Assembly (NCBI GenBank): GCA_034111645.1
Contig: JAWUWW010000055.1
Span: forward strand, 1,641-65,640
DNA from: Cellvibrionaceae bacterium
GTDB lineage: Bacteria > Pseudomonadota > Gammaproteobacteria > Pseudomonadales > Cellvibrionaceae
Direction of reading: 5' to 3'
DNA length: 64,000 nucleotides
Every line of letters begins with the position of its first letter. Positions within the stretch are counted from its first letter, which is position 1. This document shows positions 10,886 through 20,018 of the stretch, in pieces. Below the pieces are notes generated by a model. It was not told the origin of the DNA and ran no database searches. It saw only the letters and a program-made list of their open reading frames with translations. The translations under genes and the position numbers were made by a program.

Positions 10886-10948
10886 AATGTCTCTCTAAAT
10901 ATAACGGTATAAAAGTTGTTGCACGTCACTTATTAATTCACACTGTTA

Positions 10949-10976
10949 ATATGATGCCGCTTATGTATATTTCAAT
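10949..10976 (-). promoter_or_regulatory. Candidate sigma-32 (heat-shock) promoter of clpB
   Basis: The minus strand reads ATTGAAA-13 nt-CATCATAT against the consensus CTTGAAA-13/15-CCCCATNT, about 64 nt upstream of the clpB ATG. The match is partial. Confidence 0.3.
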
Positions 10977-11075
10977 ACTTTTTATATGGGCTTTTACATT
11001 AATTGTAAAAATCTCTATTATTTTTTATTGATGGGTTTTTTGTTGAGTCTACAGAAGAGTCTATTTCGACTTGAT

Positions 11076-11921
11076 TTAATCGAGCCAAATTAAATTTGCC
11101 ATACGTCCGGTGATACCGTCGCGCCGATAGGAAAAGAAATCATCTGCCTCTGTGTAAGTGCAACGATCACCCCCATAAATCTCACTGACGCCCATATTGT
11201 TAAGCATATCTTTAGCGATACCATAAAGATCTGCCATCCATTTTTGATCATTATTAACATTTGGTTTTTCAGTATTCAAAAATCGGCCAGCCTTAAAATA
11301 TTGCCGGCCTTGCTTTAGTTGATCATGAGGTAGCGATAAAAAAGCATCGCGCACATCGTTACCCACCTCAAAAGCCGCTTGGCTAATAGCCGGGCCAAGA
11401 TAAGCAATTATGTTGTTTGATGATTGTGCTTTAGGGCTTGTTTTAGAGCCTGAATAAGCAAATTGATTAAATTGTTTCAGCGTCTGCGCTAAGACACCCG
11501 CGTGCAATCCCCTCCAACCGGCATGAGCCATTGCAACCTGACTACCATCAGTATCGCAAAAAAAGACCGGCAAGCAATCGGCTGTCATTACATTACACAC
11601 TTGATTTAACTTTTTCGTATAACAGGCATCGGCTCTTTGACCATTACCACAGTCAGCCCCGACGATATTGGTACCGTGAACTTGCTGCAGCCAAACTATC
11701 TCTTGCTGACCTATAATTTCTTGTAATCTTTTGCGATTTTTCTCGACATTGGCTGGCAAGTCTTCGACGTGATCACCAAAATTGAAGCTACTGTAAGGAG
11801 CGTTGCTATAGCCACCTGAGCGCAGGCTATAGCAAGCTTTAACAGCGCTTGGTGCAGGCCAATCTAACCAAACTAGATTATTGGTCGTTGGTGGCTGATT
11901 AACATTCTCATTGTCATCCAT
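11076..11921 (-). CDS. pgeF: YfiH/PgeF family protein (peptidoglycan editing factor / purine nucleoside phosphorylase, DUF152)
   Basis: Family motifs QVHG, MTADCLPV and HAGWRG are present. It has the conserved position between clpB and rluD and a ~35-aa N-terminal extension relative to typical ~245-aa members. Confidence 0.85.
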   Translation of the reverse strand: MDDNENVNQPPTTNNLVWLDWPAPSAVKACYSLRSGGYSNAPYSSFNFGDHVEDLPANVEKNRKRLQEIIGQQEIVWLQQVHGTNIVGADCGNGQRADACYTKKLNQVCNVMTADCLPVFFCDTDGSQVAMAHAGWRGLHAGVLAQTLKQFNQFAYSGSKTSPKAQSSNNIIAYLGPAISQAAFEVGNDVRDAFLSLPHDQLKQGRQYFKAGRFLNTEKPNVNNDQKWMADLYGIAKDMLNNMGVSEIYGGDRCTYTEADDFFSYRRDGITGRMANLIWLD

Positions 11922-11930
11922 AAGAACACC

Positions 11931-12926
11931 TCAGGCTAAGACTTTGCCGGTATTATCATTATTTATTTTTTCTAACTCGAGCTCGGCTAACAAGTGTTGG
12001 AAATCTTCTGGTAATGGAGCCTGCCAACTAAACTCTTGCTTTGTATGGGGATGCACCAGGGTTAATTTTTTGGCATGCAATGCTTGCCGAGAAAAATCGG
12101 CCAACACACTTTTTAATTGATCAGATGTGCCCGACAGCCATCGTTGACGGCCTAAATAAACCGGGTCACCAACCAATGGATGTTTGATATAAGCCATATG
12201 AACTCGAATTTGGTGTGTTCTTCCTGTCTCTAGTTTACAAGCCACATGGGTATAACGCGGAAAGCGGTTGAGAATGCGATAGTGGGTGATGGCATCTTTA
12301 GCTGAGCTGCTGTTTTCTATAACAGCCATTTTAACTCTGTTGCTGGGGTGACGCCCTATGGCTTTATTCACTACGCCCCCACCCGTTAATTGCCCCATCA
12401 CTATCGCCTCGTATTCACGCCCAACACTTCGATCTTGCAATTGTTTAACTAGTGAGGTGTGGGCTAACAACGAGTGCGCAACGACCATAAGCCCAGATGT
12501 TTCTTTATCGAGACGATGAACAATACCTGCACGGGGCAGTGTCGCTAGCTCGGGAAAATGATGCAGCAAAGCATTTAGTAAGGTGCCATTGGGAACCCCC
12601 GCTCCGGGATGCACCACTAAACCCGCAGGCTTATTGATCACAATAATATGCTCATCACTGTAGACGCACTCTAAAGGAATATCTTGCGCTAACCAGCGAT
12701 CCTCACTCTCTAACACGACGGAGAACGCTATAGTCTCTCCGCCTATCAGCTTATCCTTAGGCTTACGATTTACTCCATTGACGGTAAGTTGACCCGATTT
12801 AATCCATTGTTGCAGGCGAGCGCGAGAAAAATCTTTAAACACCTCTGCTGCAATCTGATCGAGACGAGACCCATTAAAATGAGATTCGACTCTATAGCTA
12901 AACTTTTCTGGTACATCGCTTGTCAT
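11931..12926 (-). CDS. rluD: 23S rRNA pseudouridine(1911/1915/1917) synthase RluD
   Basis: S4 domain at the N-terminus, RluA-family catalytic motif HRLDKETSGL and GRTHQIRVH. It is divergent from bamD, as in E. coli and Pseudomonas. Confidence 0.9.
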   Translation of the reverse strand: MTSDVPEKFSYRVESHFNGSRLDQIAAEVFKDFSRARLQQWIKSGQLTVNGVNRKPKDKLIGGETIAFSVVLESEDRWLAQDIPLECVYSDEHIIVINKPAGLVVHPGAGVPNGTLLNALLHHFPELATLPRAGIVHRLDKETSGLMVVAHSLLAHTSLVKQLQDRSVGREYEAIVMGQLTGGGVVNKAIGRHPSNRVKMAVIENSSSAKDAITHYRILNRFPRYTHVACKLETGRTHQIRVHMAYIKHPLVGDPVYLGRQRWLSGTSDQLKSVLADFSRQALHAKKLTLVHPHTKQEFSWQAPLPEDFQHLLAELELEKINNDNTGKVLA

Positions 12927-13004
12927 AATAAATATCTTTAATTGTTAACTCAAATAACTAGGTTAATGTAAATCGAACAGTAAATGGGATTAATATTCTT
13001 GAGG

Positions 13005-13054
13005 ATAGTACTTAAAATAGTACTTAAAATAGTGCTTAAGAATAGTGCTTAAGA
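13005..13054. repeat. Two-stage tandem repeat: atagtacttaaa x2 followed by atagtgcttaaga x2
   Basis: Read directly from the rluD-bamD divergent intergenic region. Confidence 0.9.
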
Positions 13055-13444
13055 ATGTCTCTTTATTTTATAGCTTTCTACACAGAAAGTCTTAGACTAA
13101 ATATTCATTTAAGTCTAAGCCATAACATAAATGTATAGAACATAGAGCTTACTAATGACGTTATGATCAAGTTGATAAGTAATAAACAATTCAATCGAGC
13201 TATTCAATCAAAACTTCTAATCAGAGCGTTTAATCAAACTATTTTTTGGGTGCTGTTTGACCAAGTTAACACCTTTATAAATACATGATCATTTTTTAAA
13301 AAGTCTATAAATTTTGCGATGGTTTGCAACTATCAAATGTTTGAGTGTCTATATCAAACTAGCTGTATGCTTATCGAAAAATCCTTTAGCATCATCCGTT
13401 GGTGTGTTTAAATAGCGGCCGTTAATAATTAATGAGTTTGATCC

Positions 13445-14335
13445 ATGCATGTTTTGACTCAACGTCTATTGTTGCTTATTTTTATCGTTAGCATTAGCTC
13501 AACTATTGTTAGCTGTGCAGGCAATAGAGACAACCTTGCGTCACTCAATGAACAACGTTTATACGAGGCATCGCAAGCTGCGTTAAAACGTGCTGATTAT
13601 CTTGGTGCTATCGAGGCTCTCCAAAAGCTAGAATCAGACTTTCCCTTCGGCAAATATGCTCAATCTGCGCAGTTGTCATTAATTTATGCCTATTTTAAAA
13701 CTGACGACATCGCTCTAGCAGATTCTTCTGCAAAACGTTTTATTCGACTGCATCCTAATCATACTGATGTTGATTACGCATATTACATGTTGGGCCTAAA
13801 TTCATACCCAAAACCAGGATCAATGTTTCAATCTGTTCTAGGTACCGACTTATCTAGAAAAGATACCAATGCGGCGCAAGTTGCTTTTGCTAATTTTTCT
13901 CAGCTAGTAAACCGCTTTCCAGACAGCCAATATACCCCCGATTCTATTAAGCGCTTAGAATTCTTGCGTAATTTACTGGCCCGCAGCGAAATTAATGTGG
14001 CCAATTATTACTTAGGTCGCCAGGCATTCTTATCCGCTGCAAATAGGGGTCGATTTGTTGTCGAAAATTATCAGCAAACACCCTCTATGCCCGATGCTCT
14101 AGCAATTATGGTGCAAAGTTATCATGCGCTTAATATGCAGGATCTTAAGCAAAACAGCCTGGAGGTATTGCGCTTAAATTATCCTGATTATCCGGCGTTA
14201 AATGCTGATGGCGAGTTCAATTACAAATATTATGTAAAAGATGTCACTTCACTTATAGGCCTCGCAACATTTGGACTAATCGATTACTCAAAGCCACCCG
14301 GCTTTGATACTCGTGAAAAATATGGTCGCTTTTAG
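13445..14335 (+). CDS. bamD: Outer-membrane protein assembly factor BamD (ComL/YfiO lipoprotein)
   Basis: Lipoprotein signal with lipobox IVSC, TPR-like repeats, and the conserved position divergent from rluD. Confidence 0.9.
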   Translation: MHVLTQRLLLLIFIVSISSTIVSCAGNRDNLASLNEQRLYEASQAALKRADYLGAIEALQKLESDFPFGKYAQSAQLSLIYAYFKTDDIALADSSAKRFIRLHPNHTDVDYAYYMLGLNSYPKPGSMFQSVLGTDLSRKDTNAAQVAFANFSQLVNRFPDSQYTPDSIKRLEFLRNLLARSEINVANYYLGRQAFLSAANRGRFVVENYQQTPSMPDALAIMVQSYHALNMQDLKQNSLEVLRLNYPDYPALNADGEFNYKYYVKDVTSLIGLATFGLIDYSKPPGFDTREKYGRF

Positions 14336-14510
14336 CGGCTATTAGGCAAAATCTCAGCTCTAGCCTTTGAAGCATCGTTAATTATGATGCTTTAGATTTT
14401 CCGTCATACCCATACATTGGTATGCCAAGAAGTTATCAAGCCAAAGATTTATAAATCCGAAAATTCGTAAACCCAAAAAGTCATACATCAAAGTTATTAG
14501 AGCCCAGGGT

Positions 14511-16160
14511 TTATATTCCTGGAGTCCAACCATTGGTAATTGGGTAACGTCTATCGCGCCCAAAACCACGTTGAGAAATTCTCACACCAACGGGTGCTTG
14601 GCGTCGCTTATACTCATTAATATCGACTAAACGTAAAACCCTATGCACTACATCTGAATCAAATCCTGCTGCAATAATGCCAGCCGCACTAACGTCTTGA
14701 GCAATATAAAGTTCAAGAATTTGATCTAAAATAAAATACGGTGGTAAGTTGTCTTCATCCTTCTGGTCTGGCGCCAATTCTGCCGATGGTGGTCGCTCGA
14801 TAACGGATATTGGTATCACTTCATCTAATGAGCCGTCACTTTTTAACAGGGTATTTCGAAAACGCGCAAGCTCAAACACCAGTGTTTTAGGCACATCCTT
14901 GAGTACATCAAAGCCGCCCGCCATATCACCATATAAGGTTGAATAACCCACTGCTATTTCGCTTTTATTGCCCGTTGTAAGAACGATAGAACCCAGCTTG
15001 TTAGAGACAGACATTAACAAAACCCCGCGACAACGCGCCTGAAGATTCTGCTCTGTAAGATCAACAGGTCTACCCTCAAAAGTTGTTGCTAGCCCCGACA
15101 TAAACGCATCGTACATGGGCTCTATGCTTATCTCTTGGTATGAAACACCTTGACGCTTAGCCTGCTCGGCGGCATCGGTCTGACTTAATTCAGAGGTGTA
15201 TTTAAAAGGCATCATAATCGCCGAGACAGCATCTGCACCTAATGCATCAACTGCAATGGCCAAGGTTAGCGCCGAATCTATGCCACCGGATAAACCGAGC
15301 ACCGCCTTTTTAAAGCCATTTTTGCGAACATAATCGTGTACACCTAACACCAACGCACCGTAGACAATATCAACAGCATTGCGTTTAGGTGGCAGTGATT
15401 GTGGCGCAAAAGTCACCTCTTCAGCGTCAATCACTAACTCAACTGGGTACAAACACTCTTCGTAAAATGGCGCTTGCAGGCAATGTTCGCCATCACCTTG
15501 AACAGCAAATGAGGCACCGTCAAAAACTAACTCATCTTGCCCACCCACCTGATTGACGTAAAGTATGGGCATGCCGCCTTCTTTGGCTCTTTGACTTAAT
15601 AAATCTATGCGCTCTTGTAATTTATGCTGATGAAATGGCGAGGCATTGATATTAATCATCAATTTAGCCCCTGCATCACTCGCTTGTAACATGGGGGCTG
15701 GATGCCAAATATCTTCACAGATCGTTAGTGCAACGGGAACACCAAATAAATCAAAAACACAGGCTTCTTTTCCAGCCGTAAAGTAACGCTTTTCATCAAA
15801 CACTTGAAAATTTGGGAGTTCTTGCTTTGCGTATTCGGCAATCCACTGCCCATTTTGCAATACGCCGGCCATATTATATTGTCTACCCTCAATAATATGG
15901 GGATAGCCAATAATAACCGTTGCCTTGAAGTTGGCCTGCTGCAAAAGGTTTAGGGCTGATTCGATGCGCTGTTGCATACTACGGCGCAATAAAAGGTCTT
16001 CGGGAGGATAACCACACAGCGTTAGTTCTGGAAATACAACCACATCAGCGTTATGAGTTTGTTCTGACACCTTCACACTATCGATAACTTTTTGAGTGTT
16101 TCCGTCAATATCACCCACTACCATATTAATCTGAGCCATTACAAAATTTAATGTAGACAT
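14511..16160 (-). CDS. nadE: Glutamine-dependent NAD+ synthetase
   Basis: N-terminal CN-hydrolase domain (FPELTLCGYPPEDL, ICEDIWHP) fused to an NAD synthetase domain (LGLSGGIDSA PP-loop). 549 aa. Confidence 0.92.
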   Translation of the reverse strand: MSTLNFVMAQINMVVGDIDGNTQKVIDSVKVSEQTHNADVVVFPELTLCGYPPEDLLLRRSMQQRIESALNLLQQANFKATVIIGYPHIIEGRQYNMAGVLQNGQWIAEYAKQELPNFQVFDEKRYFTAGKEACVFDLFGVPVALTICEDIWHPAPMLQASDAGAKLMININASPFHQHKLQERIDLLSQRAKEGGMPILYVNQVGGQDELVFDGASFAVQGDGEHCLQAPFYEECLYPVELVIDAEEVTFAPQSLPPKRNAVDIVYGALVLGVHDYVRKNGFKKAVLGLSGGIDSALTLAIAVDALGADAVSAIMMPFKYTSELSQTDAAEQAKRQGVSYQEISIEPMYDAFMSGLATTFEGRPVDLTEQNLQARCRGVLLMSVSNKLGSIVLTTGNKSEIAVGYSTLYGDMAGGFDVLKDVPKTLVFELARFRNTLLKSDGSLDEVIPISVIERPPSAELAPDQKDEDNLPPYFILDQILELYIAQDVSAAGIIAAGFDSDVVHRVLRLVDINEYKRRQAPVGVRISQRGFGRDRRYPITNGWTPGI

Positions 16161-16280
16161 ATTTATTCGCTGTTCTTTATCGGTTGGTGACTGACACTTG
16201 CTTATAACTTAGCAACTTATATAGACATTTTGAGTTTATGCATGAATTAAAGGCTTTATAGCTTCAAGCATCGTCTCAAC

Positions 16281-16391
16281 TATTGTCGCTTCTATTGTTG
16301 CCGCTGCTATTGTTGTCGCTGCTATTGTTGCCGCTGCTATTGTTGCCGCTTCTATTGTTGTCGCTTCTATTATTGCCGCTGCTATTGTTGC
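16281..16391. repeat. Minisatellite: 15-bp unit tattgttgccgctgc, about 7.4 copies with 2-3 variable positions
   Basis: Units start at 16281 (12-nt variant), 16293, 16308, 16323, 16338, 16353, 16368 and 16383. It lies between the divergent nadE and pilS. The only start-bearing reading frame is a TTG-initiated poly-Leu ORF. Confidence 0.95.
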
Positions 16392-16533
16392 TATGTTGGC
16401 TTTTACTTATGGATTCTGCTCAAGTCTCTATTGTCGAGCAAAATAAAAATGAAAGCAAAATCTAATACGTAATTAACAATTTTTTATATGAAATAATTTT
16501 TGTGTGGTAGTTATTTATAAAGGTGCTGCCTTG

Positions 16534-16561
16534 GCTTTATAGCCTTAGGTTTATAGCCTTA
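16534..16561. repeat. Tandem duplication, 14-bp unit g(c/g)tttatagcctta x2
   Basis: Read directly from the sequence upstream of pilS. Confidence 0.85.
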
Positions 16562-16748
16562 ACCCTTATTAACTCAAGTGAATTAGTTTACGTGTTACGT
16601 ATAACTCGATTACTATGTACTTAACGTGCTAATTGAGACATTGGTTTAAGCGACTTTTAGCTTCAGAATTCCACTTTGAGCCATTCTCAACGAAGCTATA
16701 TTAGCTATTTGACGCTCAATCAAAACACCATCATTAAAGAGAATATCA

Positions 16749-18341
16749 TTGTTGTTTTTAAATAAACCACATAATGACCCACTTCGTCTTATTCGAACTT
16801 ACATGATCTATCGTTTAGGTCTTGGCATTATGCTGTGGATATTGCATTACACGGGCTTATCTCAGAGGATATTTGGTTCTACCTCGCCCGCATTGTTCGC
16901 TAATACATCTATCATTTACGTGATCATTTGCCTGCTGTCTTTAATACGCATTAGAAGCAATCCTTTCATGCCCGACACATCACACCTGCTAACAATACTA
17001 GTTTGTGATGTTATTGCTCTTGTTTTGATGATTCATGCAAGCGGCAACTTAACCGGAGGCTTAGGCTATTTATTATTAATACCCATGGCAATGGGTGCAA
17101 CGTTTGTTAAGAATAGGGCTTATGCTTTAGCGGCATTTGGATCATTATTAGTGCTTGTAACGGCATTTATTAGTATCGAGCAAGGCATTGCTGGCAATCA
17201 ATCTTTAGTTGCCGCTGGTTTAACGGGCGTATCTTTATTTGTTATCACCGCTACTGTACGCATATTTTCTGAGCGCATAAAAGTCAGTCAAGAAACCGTT
17301 AAAAAACAAGTTCAAGAGACAAAATATTCGCAGCTTATTAGTCAACATATTGTGGAGACAATGCGCACTGGCATTATTGTGGTTGATACTAACCTTACCA
17401 TCCAATTAATTAATCATGCGGCCACAGCACTGCTAACTAAAGATAATAGCTTCGAAAATCTCTCTGACATTGTTGTTTTATATGAAAAATTATCTTTCTG
17501 GCAAAAAAATAATGCTATTCCAGAAACTATTACTTTTGAATCGGTAAATAATAATAGTATTAGAGCAAGTTTTGCAGCTCTAGAAGATGAACGTGTACCC
17601 TCTATTATTATCTTTATCGAAGATATGCAACAACTGACACAAGAAGCGCAGCAATTAAAGCTTGCCTCACTTGGTCGTCTTACCGCAAGTATCGCTCACG
17701 AAATAAGAAATCCATTAGGGGCTATTAGTCATGCGAGTCAATTACTCAACGAATCAAAAACTATCGATAAAAGCGACCACCAGCTTTTAGATATTATCCA
17801 TAATCATTCGCAACGTATTAACTTTATTATCAATAGTATTTTGGATTTTTCTCGCAGAAATAATGCGGCACCAGAAGTCATTAATATTAACGATTGGCTA
17901 CAACAATTTAGGCGCGAATATCTTGAGCAAAATATTGATGCCATTATCGATATCGATATTAAAAACAAAAAAATTAAAACAATTATAGACCCTAATCATC
18001 TGTATCAGATTATTAACAACCTTGTCGACAACGGACTAAGATACAATCACAAAAACACAGGCGAGAAACACGTTACATTAAGGGCAAGGCTTCAAGAAAA
18101 AAATAAATGCCCGGTTATCGATGTTATAGATAATGGCTTAGGTATTGACGCAAGTGACATTCATAAAATATTTGAGCCCTTTTATACTACAGATATAATG
18201 GGCTCAGGCTTAGGCTTATATTTATGTCGAGAACTTAGCGAGGCGAACCAAGCAAATTTGCGATATAGTTACGACTCTGAAAAAAAACAATGTATTTTTA
18301 GCTTAATGCTGACTCACCATAAACGTCGAATAATTTTATAA
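16749..18341 (+). CDS. pilS: Type IV pilus two-component sensor histidine kinase PilS
   Basis: Six predicted N-terminal TM helices, a PAS-like segment, an H-box ASIAHEIRNPLGAI and an HATPase_c (DNGLGI, GSGLGL). It is followed by pilR with a 1-nt TAATG overlap. The start is TTG at 16749 (an alternative ATG lies 18 codons in). Confidence 0.85.
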   Translation: MLFLNKPHNDPLRLIRTYMIYRLGLGIMLWILHYTGLSQRIFGSTSPALFANTSIIYVIICLLSLIRIRSNPFMPDTSHLLTILVCDVIALVLMIHASGNLTGGLGYLLLIPMAMGATFVKNRAYALAAFGSLLVLVTAFISIEQGIAGNQSLVAAGLTGVSLFVITATVRIFSERIKVSQETVKKQVQETKYSQLISQHIVETMRTGIIVVDTNLTIQLINHAATALLTKDNSFENLSDIVVLYEKLSFWQKNNAIPETITFESVNNNSIRASFAALEDERVPSIIIFIEDMQQLTQEAQQLKLASLGRLTASIAHEIRNPLGAISHASQLLNESKTIDKSDHQLLDIIHNHSQRINFIINSILDFSRRNNAAPEVININDWLQQFRREYLEQNIDAIIDIDIKNKKIKTIIDPNHLYQIINNLVDNGLRYNHKNTGEKHVTLRARLQEKNKCPVIDVIDNGLGIDASDIHKIFEPFYTTDIMGSGLGLYLCRELSEANQANLRYSYDSEKKQCIFSLMLTHHKRRIIL

Positions 18342-19804
18342 TGAAACCATTAAAGAATATTTTAATTATTGATGATGAACCCGATATACTCGGCCTTTTA
18401 TCCATGACGCTTGAGCGTATGGGATACACCACTCAATGTGCAGAAAATTTTAAAAAAGCTTCAAAATTATTATCTGAAAACACATTTAACTTATGCTTGA
18501 CCGACTTAAGGCTACCCGATGGCAGCGGTATTGATATTGTAAAGCAGATACAAAAAAGTGAGTCTCCTGTACCTGTTATTGTAATTACTGCACATGGATC
18601 TATGGATATTGCTATTGAGGCAATGAAGTTTGGCGCGTTTGATTTTATTAATAAACCTGTCGATTTAAATAATTTACGCACGCTCATTAATAATGCGCTT
18701 TTAAGTAATGAAAACACTCCCACCCAGTCATCTATTATTGATCTTGTGGGCGAATCAGTAGCCGCTATAAAATTAAAAGAAAATATTGCTAAAGTCTCGC
18801 GTTCACAAGCCCCGGTATTTATTCATGGAGAATCCGGCAGTGGTAAAGAATTAGTGGCGCGCGCCATTCATAAAGCAAGCTCGCGCAACAACAATAGTTT
18901 TGTTGCCGTTAACTGTGGCGCTATACCTCGCGAGTTAATGGAGAGTGAATTTTTTGGCCATACCAAAGGTAGTTTTACTGGGGCTCATCAAGATAAGCAG
19001 GGCTTATTTCAAAGTGCCGAGGGCGGCACTTTGTTTTTAGATGAAGTTGCCGACCTACCCATGGAGATGCAAGTCAAATTATTACGTGCTATCCAAGAAA
19101 AAAGTATTCGCCCCGTAGGCTCTCAAAAAGAAATGCCTATTAATGTGCGCATTTTAAGTGCAACACATAAAAACTTACTCAACGAAATTCAAAAAAACCA
19201 ATTTCGAAACGATCTTTACTATCGTATCAACGTTATCGAAATCAATGTGCCATCACTACGCGAACGCAAAAGTGATGTAACTCTTTTGACGCATACTTTA
19301 TTGAATAGAATTGCCAAAAAAAATAACGAAGCAGTAAGCAATATTACCAATGATGCACTTATACGCTTAGGTGAGTATTCTTTTCCTGGAAACGTACGCG
19401 AGCTAGAAAACATATTAGAGCGTGCCAGCGCATTATGCAGTGATAACACCATACAAGATGATGATTTGCAGCTAAACGGACAAAGCCTAGATAGCAACAA
19501 TACACATCAAACAAATATAAGCACTACTTATGCAGTAAGCAGCGACGCCAATAGCAATCAAAACATTAGCTCGCCAAACACTACTTTCGATTTAAATAAT
19601 GCCAGCTATAATATTGAACAAAATTATAATGCGAATAAAGAATCAATAGATAGCTACTTAGAAAAAATAGAAAAGAACATTATACTGAGCCGTCTCGAAA
19701 AGCAACGATGGAACCGAACATCGACTGCAAAACAACTAGGCATTACCTTTCGATCTCTGCGTTATCGCATGAAAAAACTGGGCTTAGATGTAGATGACGA
19801 ATAA
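18341..19804 (+). CDS. pilR: Sigma-54-dependent response regulator PilR
   Basis: REC domain (DDEPD...TDLRLPDGSG), AAA+ sigma-54 activator domain (GESGSGKE, GSFTGA loop, ESEFFGH) and a C-terminal Fis-type HTH. An Asn/Ser-rich ~60-aa insertion precedes the HTH. Confidence 0.9.
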   Translation: MKPLKNILIIDDEPDILGLLSMTLERMGYTTQCAENFKKASKLLSENTFNLCLTDLRLPDGSGIDIVKQIQKSESPVPVIVITAHGSMDIAIEAMKFGAFDFINKPVDLNNLRTLINNALLSNENTPTQSSIIDLVGESVAAIKLKENIAKVSRSQAPVFIHGESGSGKELVARAIHKASSRNNNSFVAVNCGAIPRELMESEFFGHTKGSFTGAHQDKQGLFQSAEGGTLFLDEVADLPMEMQVKLLRAIQEKSIRPVGSQKEMPINVRILSATHKNLLNEIQKNQFRNDLYYRINVIEINVPSLRERKSDVTLLTHTLLNRIAKKNNEAVSNITNDALIRLGEYSFPGNVRELENILERASALCSDNTIQDDDLQLNGQSLDSNNTHQTNISTTYAVSSDANSNQNISSPNTTFDLNNASYNIEQNYNANKESIDSYLEKIEKNIILSRLEKQRWNRTSTAKQLGITFRSLRYRMKKLGLDVDDE

Positions 19805-20018
19805 GATTGACCGCTAAAAAATATTGCAAGTCAGACTTAAATTATAATTATGCTTAATTAAATCACCATCTATAAAATTATTTAACAGCAATGCTATTTT
19901 AGTTCTATTTATTACCTTTATTCACCTTGCCTCTTTTATAAAAATTTTATAACTGTTACTTTATAAATACAGCTTAAAGGAATTAAGCTGACAATAAGTT
20001 TAACTAATTAGCCCAAGG

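Noticed and set aside
16281-16391. Possible CRISPR array
   Set aside because: The repeats are directly adjacent with no spacers, the unit is only 15 bp, and no cas genes are present. It is a minisatellite.
16283-16465. 60-aa TTG-initiated ORF encoding (LLLLP/S)n
   Set aside because: It is simply the translation of the 15-bp minisatellite. It has no SD, a non-ATG start and an implausible poly-Leu product.
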